This document shows, piece after piece, positions 39,589-51,120 of a stretch of 64,000 nt of DNA. How positions within the stretch are numbered: position 1 is the stretch's first letter; each line of letters begins with the position of its first letter. Location of the stretch: the NCBI GenBank assembly GCA_951406725.2, contig OX597832.1, positions 10,478,001 through 10,542,000 of the forward strand, written 5' to 3'. A model generated the notes under the pieces. The model was not told where the DNA came from. It saw nothing but the letters and a program-made list of their open reading frames with translations, and searched no databases. Source of the DNA: Octopus vulgaris (Eukaryota). Both the position numbers and the translations under genes were made by a program.

Positions 39589-39646
39589 TTATAATTCTAT
39601 GTGCCGCCAATATGCATATATATATTGGCGGCACATAGAATTATAA
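39589..39646. repeat. Perfect 25-bp inverted repeat, 8-nt loop
   Basis: TTATAATTCTATGTGCCGCCAATAT-gcatatat-ATATTGGCGGCACATAGAATTATAA. Confidence 0.95.
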
Positions 39647-39714
39647 TGCTTCATCTCTTCAAATTTACAGACCATTCTAAATTATTAGGATTCTATTGCT
39701 GCCTGAATACCGAT

Positions 39715-39920
39715 TTCGAATTTTAGCACTAGGCCAGCAATTTCGGGAGAGAGGGTAAGTCGATTACTTCGAAACAAGTGTTCAACTGGTACTTATTTTA
39801 TCAACCCCGAAAGGGTGAAAAGCAAGGTCAACATCGGCTGAATTTGAACTCAGAACATAAAGATTGACGAAAAGTGCCTAAGCATTTCGGCCGGCATGCT
39901 AACGATCCTGCCAGCTAACC
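39715..39920 (-). mobile_element. SINE group B, alternative 3' tail
   Basis: Same head and core as group B, but the tail is the reverse complement of TTTTAGCACTAGGCCAGCAATTTCGGG, shared with the 50686 and 58880 copies. Confidence 0.8.
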
Positions 39921-40937
39921 CCTTTTTTGCTGCTTTAATATTCAAATCGTTATATTTTATCTGCTACTCCTATTTCCTGCAATTCAGCTATCTGATCTTT
40001 CTCTCCTTTATTTCATCTTTCTTAAAGGCTAACTTTACCCTTTTCAATTTTTTGAGGGCTTAGGATTTGTAACTACCGTCATTAATGCTGACTTTTCTCC
40101 TCGTATTTCATCGCTCATCACAAATTCCTGAAACTCCTGAACCTAACTCTCTCCCCCTCTCTCTGTCTATCTATCTATCTTTCTATCTATCTCTCCCTTC
40201 CCCCTCTCTCTTACTTCCTCTCTTTCTCCCTCTTTCACATTGTGTATCAAGCTCACATCTTCCTTTCTCTCCAACTACATCTCTGTCCCAACTCCTCAAA
40301 ACGACATAACCACATTCATTATCTACATTAGCTTACGAAGAGCAAGTCTCCGAAACTTTAGATTCCTCACGCCATTTAAACATATGGAACTCTACTATGA
40401 ACTTTCATATTTGTTAGTTAACCTACGTTTGCTGTTCGTGACTTGTCTGAATTTTAATTATATCATGGTAGACGCTGATTTCAGATTTTCCGTTGGGATG
40501 AATCATGTAGCCGACATACAATACATTTGATTTGATCTAATGGATTAAATATCTCGATGTTTGCAAAGTTATTTAATCTATTAAATGGTTTCGGAGCAAT
40601 ATATAATTTTGCTTAGCGAAACCGTCTTAGAATATTCTACATTAGAAAGTGATTTCACCAAGTGGATGTTCTATTAGGAACAATATTACTGCATATCCAT
40701 TAGGTTATTTTATGAATGAAATCTACTAAAACTATAACAGTAATGATTTCTAGATCCGTGTTTTATTTATCTATATTTTCTTCATCTTATACTGAATATT
40801 ATCTCATGTGTGCACCACATTAATGTGATTATATTCTGGTTTCAATTTCTCCATTATATTAGCTCATTCTTCTCTTGGGGAAACTTTTGCAGGTTAGCTA
40901 GACTTATTATCTAGAACAAACTCAGTCTAGAATTAGA

Positions 40938-40950
40938 TATCTATCTATTC

Positions 40951-41033
<83 letters not shown>

Positions 41034-41043
41034 CATCTATTTA

Positions 41044-41108
<65 letters not shown>
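40938..41108. repeat. (ATCT)n(CT)n(TA)n microsatellite
   Basis: Tandem arrays. Confidence 0.95.
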
Positions 41109-41109
<1 letters not shown>

Positions 41110-41111
<2 letters not shown>

Positions 41112-41380
41112 TAAAGGGAAGTGTAAAGATCTCCATTGGTCCTGAATGACCATGGGATTGCATCTAGGAAGTTACCCTCCGATGCACAAATCCAGACAAA
41201 ATTGTTTATGGAAGACCAGCAGTCGCCCACGCATACTAGTCTCCATTCTCCACGCCATTGATCTTATCTAAGAGAAAAGCAAAGGCCAATACAGCTTGTT
41301 ACTAGTGACATAGCTGAGTGAACTGGAGTAACGCGAAATAAAGTGTCTTGCCCAAGAGCACAACACACAGCCCAGTCTGC
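41110..41380 (-). mobile_element. SINE group C-related fragment (CORE-like segment plus a distinct tail)
   Basis: AGCTGAGTGAACTGGAGTAACGCGAAATAAAGTGTCTTGCCCAAGAGCACAAC matches the cores at 45950-46005 and 63712-63770. Confidence 0.7.
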
Positions 41381-41665
41381 GTATTCTTATAGACTAGCGT
41401 AACCCTAGGCAGCCAGGTGAGAGCAAATGACGAGCATTAATAAAATGCGAAATCACTGTCAGTCTTAGGATAAGTGCTTTCTCTTGGTAAACGGTTATTT
41501 TCATTCTTGCTTTCAGCAATGCTGGTGCTAACTAGTTCCGTTAGTAATTTTTGTGAATTCTGACCTTCGGTTGTAAATTGCTAAGCCAAATTTATTATTT
41601 ACAAATCCATAGATATATATGTATACACAAATACACACACACACACAAACACGTACACACACACG

Positions 41666-41696
<31 letters not shown>

Positions 41697-41789
41697 TATG
41701 GATACTAAATGGCAACAAAAGCATTGAAAGGAAGAGTAGAATTTTCTGGAACTGTGATAGATACTTTGCATCCAACTTACAAAGATATA

Positions 41790-42200
41790 TATTCGATATC
41801 TTGGAACAGAAGATGCCTACCAAATACCCGATAACATTGACAAATGATTCCACCAAATCTCCACATCGTGATAAAAATTGTCGGCTCTGCTATGCCAGTG
41901 TGGGAGATATCACACACATCTCCATCATCAGTTACTCAGAAATGTTTACGAGTTACTACCGGCACCAGAGGCATGATATAAATGTAAAATTTATTTACAA
42001 TGCTATTCACAGAAAAACTATCCTGTCTTATATATTAAAAGTATGTCAGAAGAAACTGGTATTCACCCCTTTAGAAATAATGAATACTGTGGAGCACCCC
42101 ATTAAAAATATCAATTCGGTGCTGATATAAAAGCCCTCATATTGTTCTGTGGGACAGGAAACAAAACCAATTCATTGTTATACAGGTTAGCAGCCAAATA
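41790..42200 (+). mobile_element. REL-endonuclease LINE fragment (zinc-knuckle region)
   Basis: EQKMPTKY...DKNCRLCYASVGDITHI...RHDINVKFIYNAI...KPSYCS/IVLWD. Related in character to 23063-23720. Confidence 0.72.
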
Positions 42201-42504
42201 GTTATGAATGTACAGACAAAAGTCAAGTTTTTATCTTTTTCAATAGTGATAGATAGTCCTTGGTTATTGAAGAAATTATGTAGTCTTTTTGTAGAGTTCA
42301 AGTTTTCTGTTGGGACTGTTTTGCTGAGTTCAAGCTGTTTTTCAAGTAGTTTTATTTCAGGGTGTACATGAAAAAAAGAACACCGTGCATAAACAAATAA
42401 GTATACTCATACCGGTGCAAAGAGAGAGAGAAAAGCCTAACGGATATAGATATAATTATAATTACATACACATTAAAAAATTACTATATAAAAATATAAA
42501 TATA

Positions 42505-42667
42505 GGCCTAGGAGTTGGTGTGTGGTACGTTGCTTCCTTACGAACCGCGTGGTTTCGGGTTCAGTCCCACTACATAGCATCATGGGCAGGTGTCTTCTAC
42601 TATAGCCTCGGGCCGACCAAAACGCTGTGAGTAGATTCGGTAGGTGGAAACTGAAAAAAACCCGTCG

Positions 42668-42758
<91 letters not shown>

Positions 42759-42908
42759 GTGTTTTGTTTGTGTGTCTGTGTTTGTACCACCAACATCGCT
42801 TGGCAACGGATGCTGGTTCGGCAAAAGAGACCGACAGAACAAGTACTAGGCTTACAAAGTTCTGGGGTCGAGGTGCTCGACTAAAGGCGGTGCTCTACAG
42901 TCAAATGT
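42505..42908 (+). mobile_element. SINE group A
   Basis: Head with GGGTTCAGTCCC, an internal (TA)n(TG)n tract and the group A tail. Confidence 0.88.
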
Positions 42909-43550
42909 ATATGTGTGTGTGGAGGAGGACATGCGTATATGTGCACACGTTGATATTAAAAATACATATCAGTGATAACATATGGTTAAAAGCACACGAT
43001 AGTAATAATGATAATAAGAATAAGATGTATATACACACACAATGACAAAGAAGATCGATATCTAGAAATGCGCAAGTTGTTGTAGTCAAGTTGGACACCA
43101 AGAAGTATTTATGCGTTTGTATATATCAGCTGTAAGATATAATTAAATGTCAGGTACATTAGCAAGTAACATTAAACATTATTAATTGGAATACGTAAGT
43201 AGGGCTGGTTATTAGGTACATTTTATGATAATGAAATAAATCTTTACTTGGTATACTACTTCTTTCATTTTACAGTTTCCATCTGCTTCACAAGTATTAG
43301 AGTCTCTGGAATTAAAATTTAAATTATTAGGTGGGACTATGTTGTTATGTCTATATATATTAGGGATAATGGAATTTTGCTTATTATCATAATGCTAGTT
43401 GTTAGTTATAGATTTAGTGGAATTGCCTGGTATATTGGATGAAGCTATTTTTTTTCATATTATAGAATAGGTCCAGTTTTATATTGTTAGGAGTTTATCC
43501 TGAAAGTGTTTGTAGAGAGTGAAATTCCCAAATCTAGTTGATTTTGTTAG

Positions 43551-43765
43551 TCTTTTACTTGTTTCATTCATTTGACTGTGGCCATGCTGGAGCACCACCT
43601 TTATAGTCGAGCAAATCGACCCCAAATCTTATTCTTTGGAAACCTAGTACTTATTCTATCGGTCTCTTTTGCCGAACCGTTAAGTTACAGGGAAGAAAAT
43701 ACACCAACATCGGTTGTGGAGCGATGTTGGAGGGACAAACACAGACACACAAACATACACACACA

Positions 43766-43811
<46 letters not shown>

Positions 43812-43855
43812 GTAGACGGAAACTGAACGAAGCCCGTCGTATATATGCATATATG

Positions 43856-43911
<56 letters not shown>

Positions 43912-44105
43912 CAGATATACACATACATATATACATATATACGACGGGCTTCTTTCAGTTTCCGTCTACCAAATCCACTCATAAGGGTTTGGTCGTCCCG
44001 AGATTATAATAGAACACACTTGCCGAAGGTGCCACGCAGTGTGACTGAACCGGGAACCCTGTGACTGGTAAGCAAGTTGCTTACCACACAACCACTCCTA
44101 CGCCT
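43551..44105 (-). mobile_element. SINE group A, full length, with internal fold-back duplication
   Basis: Reverse complement of the group A pattern, with an extra inverted copy of TTTGGTAGACGGAAACTGAA.GAAGCCCGTCGT at 43807-43866. Confidence 0.9.
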
Positions 44106-44385
44106 ACAAATGTTAAATATTTTTGCATATTTGGAATTTTTAAAGTTTTTATTAATTATATTTCTAATGAATATCATAGAATTATATTTTAGATTTTTGG
44201 CAATAGTTATTATGATCCAAGCAGTGTTATTGTTTTCTTTGTTATAGATTATGTTTTGGAGGTCATCTATTCTTACATATGATATTGGTGTCACTTATCA
44301 ATATGTGGTTATGTGTATTTTTGGAAGGATTAGATGAAATGAGATTTATTTTCATTTTTTATATTTATTGACAAAACTTCGAAGT

Positions 44386-44438
44386 TTTGTCAGTGAACAG
44401 GTCGCGGTCTCAAAGCGACGAAGATATATTTTGACAAA
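44386..44438 (+). ncRNA. Second copy of the G3-C8 hammerhead fold (GAAA mutated to GAAG)
   Basis: UUUGUCA-GUGAACA-G-GUCGC(GGUCUCAAA)GCGAC-GAAG-AUAUAU-UU-UGACAAA. The stems are identical to the 9528 copy and loop II differs. Confidence 0.55.
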
Positions 44439-45662
44439 TTAAATTTTAATGTTGGTGTGAATCTAACGGTTTTTGTGTGTTTCTTAAATGCCTTATAAAC
44501 ACCTTCCACGCTGCAATCATTTTCGTTCCAGCACACGATCTCAGATCAAGTCACTCGCTATGCAAGTGAATCTCCGTAGATTTTATTTTTCATCTATAAT
44601 TAAATGTGTTTGATGTTTGTTGTCAGTATTCTTGGGTTTATTTAGATTATTATTAAAGTAGTTAGTGATTCGTGAATTGCTAAAGTTAATATTATTTTTT
44701 TTTCTTTTAGTAAAGTTTTGGTTATGGCGCTCCTACTGATTATGTTTGTTACTACATTTATTGTGGTTGTGGATTTTCTGTCTATTGCTAATTTTGTGTT
44801 GATGACCATTATTGAGAGTTTCTGTTTGTTTGTCGGGGTGTACAAATCACCGGTTGGTTTAGGTTCACTAATATTGTCTACGTTGTTCATATCAGGATAC
44901 ATTTTGTCACTATTAATATTGATGCTTTTGTTTTATTATACTTAATTTCATATTTTTTATCCTGTTTTCTTAAGTGCTAGATTATAATTGTCTTTATGTT
45001 TTTTTTTTAATTTCTTCATTATATTAAGGAAAGTTATATTGAAATGTCCAGTGGAAGAGCATAGATATATTTGAATTAGGATATGACTTGACAGTTATAA
45101 GCAATATTAAGTATGATGTGTATTTAAAAAATATATTCGTGAGAATGAAATTAAACTAATGAATGTAGTTTATAGGAAGCTACTAGAAAACAACGAGAAC
45201 AAGAGTTAGGAGTAGAAATGCTTAAAGAGCTACATATAATGGAGTTGTTTTAGTGTAGGAACAATAAACATAAAAAATGAAAATAAATTTCATTTAACCT
45301 AATCCTTCCAATAATACACATAACCACATATTAATAAGTGATACCAATATCATATGTAAGAATAAATGACCTCCAAAACATTCGTTTATGTGTATTAAAT
45401 ATGAGGTGTAAATTAAAAAGTAGGAAATTAGTTGTAATTATTACAACTAATTAAGATAGTAAATACTTGCTGTGGCTATAACTATTAAAAAATCGTTCAG
45501 ATGTTTAATAGATGCAGTAACACTTAGATTAACAATGTAGGGGAGATAATATAGTTAGGAAAAAAGATAGGAAAATTAAAACTTATAATCATCGATATTT
45601 AGTAGATTGACTATTTAAGTTTAAATAAAAATGTGTGTTAAGAATATGTAAGCCAGTTAACT

Positions 45663-45703
<41 letters not shown>

Positions 45704-45759
45704 ATGTGTGTGTGTGTGTGTGTATGTGTGTGTGTGTATGTATGTTTACATAGGAGTAC

Positions 45760-46075
45760 TCCGTCGATTACGACGACTATGGTTCCAGCTGGAACGATCA
45801 ACGGAACATCGTGCTCATAAAATTTACGTGCAAGTGGCTGAGCATTCCACAGACACGTGTACCTTTAACGTATTTCTCAGGGAGATTCAGTGCCTCACAG
45901 CGTATGACAAAACTGGCCCTTTGAAATAGAGTTACTACTAATTTTTGCCAGCTGAATGGATGGACTGGAACAACGTAAAATAATGTGTTTCGCTCAAAGA
46001 CAATTCGTCGCAGGGAACCGAACTCACGAACTTACGATTGTGAGCCGAAAACCCTATCTACTAAGATACGCGCTT
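45760..46075 (-). mobile_element. SINE group C-related element
   Basis: tRNA-like head at 46010-46075 on the minus strand, core TTTTTGCCAGCTGAATGG...GGACTGGAACAACGTAAAATAATGTGTTTCGCTCAAAGACA, and its own tail. Confidence 0.72.
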
Positions 46076-47077
46076 TGCCCATCACTTAGCATTGAGAATT
46101 GATATTGAATATAAAACGTTTCTTTAATTTCTCTCACACTCTTGTACAAGCTTTCCAAAGCCTCGTGGTTGTAAAATCGAAGACATTTACGTTGTTTCTG
46201 AAACACTGCAAGCATGGTACTTCAAAAATAAAGATGCTTAGGAACGAAATTTAAGAGAATAATTCTTATCTCAATTGGATCAATAAGCTTTCAAGCGTAG
46301 TGATAATATTACTGTAATCTAACAATCAGATTACTTGAACGTTTAATAAAAGAAAAAACACGAAAACAGCAAATGTGATATTGTACCGGGGTTATTTCTC
46401 AGATAAATCATTGATGTTATCCTCCTTCCATTTTAATCCTAAAAAGTTGGTCACTCCTAAAAATGTCCGATGTTTTTATCAGAGTCAACCGGTGTTTTAG
46501 CTCGCCAACACATTGATTGTTAATTAAAATCACGTCTTCTAATTTGCATTCATTATATTTGTGTTTTAACGTTACATTTATTATTTCTTCCACATTTAGG
46601 AAGCATTGATTTAACAATGCAAATTACCTGCTGCTTCATTTTTCTCAATATTCATCAGAAATCTTCATACGAGAGGATTTCGTTCGAGGATACATACTCA
46701 CTAAAATATACATACACACACAAGCGTTTATGTATGTTAATGTTTATCGCCAGTTAAACATGGCTATTCCGTAGGAAAATACGTTATTACTATTTTAACC
46801 ACAGGAGAACACCTCCTACACCTAGTTATTCGAACCGATTTGCATCCGATATCAATTGCAAGCAGGGGGATTTTTCAGCCACGGGAACACCAGACCGTAC
46901 GGTTTCCAGCGCCTTGTATTGATCCTCGGTGGTGGATAGTCGTCCGCTAGAGATCGCAGTAGTTCACTCCAACCATGCTGAAGTGGCGGTAACAATTACT
47001 TCTCCGTATAGTTACTGCTCTCATCTCATATAGAGGTTTGTATCTTGATAATTTCCTTATAGATACACCATAATTTT

Positions 47078-47236
47078 GTGGTTAAGAAGCTTGCTTTGCA
47101 AAAGTAGTCAGGGGCCTAGCGCCACGGGGTAGAGCCTTGAGCAAACACCCTCTACTATATCCCAAGTTAACCAATACCTAATGCCTTGTAAATGAGTTTA
47201 GTACACAGAAATTGTATGTAACTCCTTCGTACACAC

Positions 47237-47250
<14 letters not shown>
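47078..47250 (+). mobile_element. Diverged SINE group A 5' half
   Basis: GTGGTTAAGAAGCTTGCTTTGC...CCTTGAGCAAACACCCTCTACTATA...AATGCCTTGTAAATGAGTTTAG. Confidence 0.6.
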
Positions 47251-47294
<44 letters not shown>

Positions 47295-47446
47295 TAAACA
47301 TAACGACCTCGAACCCACAAGATTAAACAAGAGAGAGAGAGAAGGTAAAAACAAGGAAAATACCCCTTGTATTTGAATACTATGCACATATTCTTCTAAA
47401 AACTTTTCTATTAATTTTTCCGAAATTTAATTGTTTTCCATACTTA

Positions 47447-47482
47447 CAGTTGAAAAAGTCTCAATCACTGGAACCGGTACTG
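47447..47482 (+). ncRNA. Degenerate minimal hammerhead fold, U3-A8 core variant
   Basis: CAG-UUGAAAA-AGU(CUCAAUC)ACU-GGAA-CCGG-UA-CUG. The stem-III loop CCGG is palindromic and there is one mismatch in GAAA. It sits in a ~280-bp unit flanked by (TA)n. Confidence 0.5.
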
Positions 47483-47763
47483 GATTGTTTTTTATAAAAT
47501 TATTTTTATATTTTCTACCTTGACTTTTTTCCATACATATCAACTCATGTGTTCCTTTACAACAATCTTTATATATATATATATAATATATTTACGTGAC
47601 AGTTAGGCGTTGGGAACCCAACCAACTGGATTTTACCTATCCAATATACTGCTGGCAGTATACCAAATTATTAATACCCACGTACTAGTTATTGCGTGGC
47701 AATTTAGCAATCGAGTGTCATATATAGGCGAGGGTAAACGGTGGTTTACCCTTAATTTATACG

Positions 47764-48250
47764 GCAAAAAAGAAAATGAAGGGGATGCAAAAAGGGCCTA
47801 CATCAGCCGGTACACATTCTATTATCTCTAATTATTGTAAAATATGAGAAAGTATTATAAGAATACATACACATGCAAAGAATATGTGTAAAAGACAGGC
47901 AATGGGGTGCAAAGAATGATAGGAATAGAGCGAGTGAGTGTTGCTATGAACAAAAATGGAATGAGTTGAAAGGATCACTTGCTGAGGGAGGATAAAATTG
48001 ATTATATATGAGAGATGTGATGGAAATCAATGTAGAATGAAATACAGGAAAAAGAAGAACAAGAGTAGTTGGTAAGAGATGTAGACAACAGGGCAAAAAG
48101 ACGTGAGTTACATATAGTAACACACTGTCTTTCTACTAGTAACACAGTTTTTGCATGTATATGTATTCTTATAATACTTGCTTATGTTTTAGAATAAAGT
48201 CTACCGACTGATGTGTGTCATTTTTGTATCCTCTCTATTTTCTTTTTTGC
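47764..48250. mobile_element. MITE or fold-back-like element with ~100-120-bp imperfect inverted ends
   Basis: 47764-47880 (GCAAAAAAGAAAAT...AAGTATTATAAGAATACATACACATGCAAA) is the reverse complement of 48150-48250. The interior is non-coding and purine-rich. Confidence 0.7.
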
Positions 48251-48304
<54 letters not shown>

Positions 48305-48313
48305 GAATTACAT

Positions 48314-48396
48314 ATAAAACCACTATTATGCAACTCAAACAGTGATAGACATAGTTTATGTCTATCACTGTTTGAGTTGCATAATAGTGGTTTTAT
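48314..48396. repeat. Perfect 40-bp inverted repeat, 3-nt loop
   Basis: ATAAAACCACTATTATGCAACTCAAACAGTGATAGACATA-gtt-exact reverse complement. It extends imperfectly to about 48292-48418. Confidence 0.96.
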
Positions 48397-48484
48397 CTCT
48401 AATTCATATTTTATATATTTATACTGAGAAATTTGATTTAATACCTAATCGAATTTTTCCCTGTGAGTTTGGAGCTATACTCCG

Positions 48485-48552
<68 letters not shown>

Positions 48553-49377
48553 GTAAGTATGTATGTATGTATTTATGTGTATATGTATGTGTGTGTATAA
48601 AATTATATATTTAATTTTATAATTATATATGTGTATATGTGTATAGAAAGAGACAGAAAGAAAGAGAGAGAGTGAGAGAAAGAGACAAAGAGAAATCCCT
48701 ATATATCTATATATATATAGTAACAGTGTATAACAGTATATAAGAGGAGAGTAATAACAGCAAGTCAACAGTAGACTTCATGGTAGCTTAGTTTCCTGCT
48801 CTTTTTCCGATATACTTGGAAATATTAAATATTATACCACTTTCGTTCGGTGACTTCATTGAGAAATCTTTATTGAAAGGGAACGGATACGGTATTCTAA
48901 CGGAATTATAGGCATTTAGCTACGTTAAATCTTTTAAAGAGGTCAATAATTTATTGATTAATTTAAGAATTTTTTTCTATATTCTTGTAGCAGTGTGTGT
49001 ATTTCGCGAAATATCTAAGTGTGTATAGCGAAATATATGCGTATATTTTTCTGCTTGTGATTTTGACTCATAAAATGGAAAACAATGATTTGTTTCCTGT
49101 TTTAAGGTATTATAATATAATAGATGAAGCTAATTTTATTTCATCGTTTGTTATGAAATAATTGCATCCCATGTTTCAAATAATCTATGCTTACGTATAG
49201 GATTTATACACAGCAAGCAGAGGACATATACTGCAAGCAAAGAACTTGTGAAGTAATATTAATGATAAGCATTTGTAAATATACAGACGGAAAATTATAT
49301 TAACGAAACGAGAAATGAAGTTAATATTAACGCATAGAATAAAGGGTAGAGACTGGAGAAAGTTGTGCGTGCATGTT

Positions 49378-49428
<51 letters not shown>

Positions 49429-50685
49429 CCAAATATGAGATAAATCAGTAGTGCATATTAATTGGCTTTGAGGTGGACAAATATTTCCATTCACCTTATC
49501 TACGTGAAAACGTAATAAATCAATAATATAAAACTCTATATTATTATAGTCTTATGAGTGCGAAATGGCTGTAGTTTTAAGTACATTGAACGAGAACATG
49601 ACAAGAATTACAAAATGAATGTTACTGCAATGACAATTTGATTACGATCTGTACCCAACACTAAAGGTGTTCAGCAGTAGAAAGATGGTGCCAATATAAA
49701 CATCAATATATTAATTTACTTCAATTATTGCAGATAAAATGTGGCTTCTATGCAGTTATCTTTATATGATTATGATGTCTAATTCTTCTACATCGCTTTC
49801 GCTCTATGTTTGCTCTTATTAGTTATACACACAGAAACACACACACACACGCACACATACATATATGCATACCGTACACACCAACATATATGTGAGTGTA
49901 TATATATATATATACATTAAATGTTTTAGATTTAATAGCGGAAACTGTGTTTGAAGACGAATGTAATTATTATGTCTACCAAATATGTTCTCAGACACAA
50001 GGTGCGCTTGTATGTACATTTTAGCTGTGTATGGCGTCATCAACCGCAGTTTTGTACCCTCTTTAACTATCCATAAAGAAATTGCCCATAAAACCTGTAA
50101 TATTAGTGGCCAGTTTTAGGTAGACCAATTAAGAATATTCTAGCATACTAACACTTTTCTTGTCAGCGACATTTAACACTTATCTGTTGGTACACTTTAA
50201 TTCTCTCTCTCTCTCTCTCCCTCTGTCTATGTATCTACGTGTCTCTTTATATCTCACCTCTCTCTCTATGTCTGTATATATATATATATAATATATATGT
50301 ATGTGTGTGTGTGTAGATATATTATGTATCCCATACAGTGTTGCATTATATAAATATACAAGTGCTTTTCGAAAATACACCCACGTTACTTCGGCAAATA
50401 AGTCTACGAGGCTATATAAATATGTGTGCAATTGTAATAATATTAGCAAGTAATAACATGTGTGTAAAAAACACATTTAATATAAATGTGATATACATTA
50501 CAAACGACATTTATCTAAATATTAGTCTCCTTCAATGACAATAAAAAAAGAGAAAAAAGAAAAATAAAGAAAACCTATTCACTAATATCCGGTAAATTCA
50601 CTTGTATGGTCCGTGGTAGGAAATGACGAAATGTAGCATAGCATTCCAACCGATCGATTAGAGAGAAACTTCCCAAAATGTTGGC

Positions 50686-51120
50686 TTCAAATTTTGGCAC
50701 AAGGCCAGCAATTTTGTGGTAGCGTTTAAGTCGATTACATCGACCCGAGAACTCAGTTGGTACTTATTTTTTTTCGCCCTCGAAAACTGAAAGGCAAAAT
50801 CAACCTTGGTGGAATTTGAACTCAGAACACAATGACGGACGAAATGCCGTTAAACATTTTACCCGCGCGTGCTATCGATTTTGTCATCTTACTCCCTGAC
50901 TTGACCAAAATATTGGTCTCACATTTTGACACGAGGTCAGCTATTTCTGTGGGATGGCTAAATCGAATACATCAGCACCATTATCCGATTGGTGCTTATT
51001 TTACCGCCCACGAAAGGATGAATGGCAAAGCTGACCACGGCGGAATTTGAATCCAGAACGAAAAGACGGACGAAATGTCACTAAGCATTTTGCTTGAAGT
51101 TCTAACGATTCTGCCAATTC
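50686..51120 (-). mobile_element. Two adjacent diverged SINE group B copies (alternative tail)
   Basis: TTTTGGCACAAGGCCAGC...GGAATTTGAACTCAGAAC is repeated at about 50686-50895 and 50915-51120. Confidence 0.78.

Larger units (their letters stand above)
43190..45400 (-). mobile_element. Decayed, rearranged Penelope-like element interrupted by a SINE
   Basis: The minus strand near 43240-43300 reads NTCEADGNCKMKEVVYQVKI, like the C..DG.C....VVY linker and start of the GIY-YIG domain in PLEs. The region contains a hammerhead-bearing repeat (44386-44578) and a 110-bp inverted duplication. Confidence 0.55.

Noticed and set aside
46640-46660. Minus-strand CTGATGA-ATATTGA-GAAA
   Set aside because: There is no stem II pairing between the two core halves.
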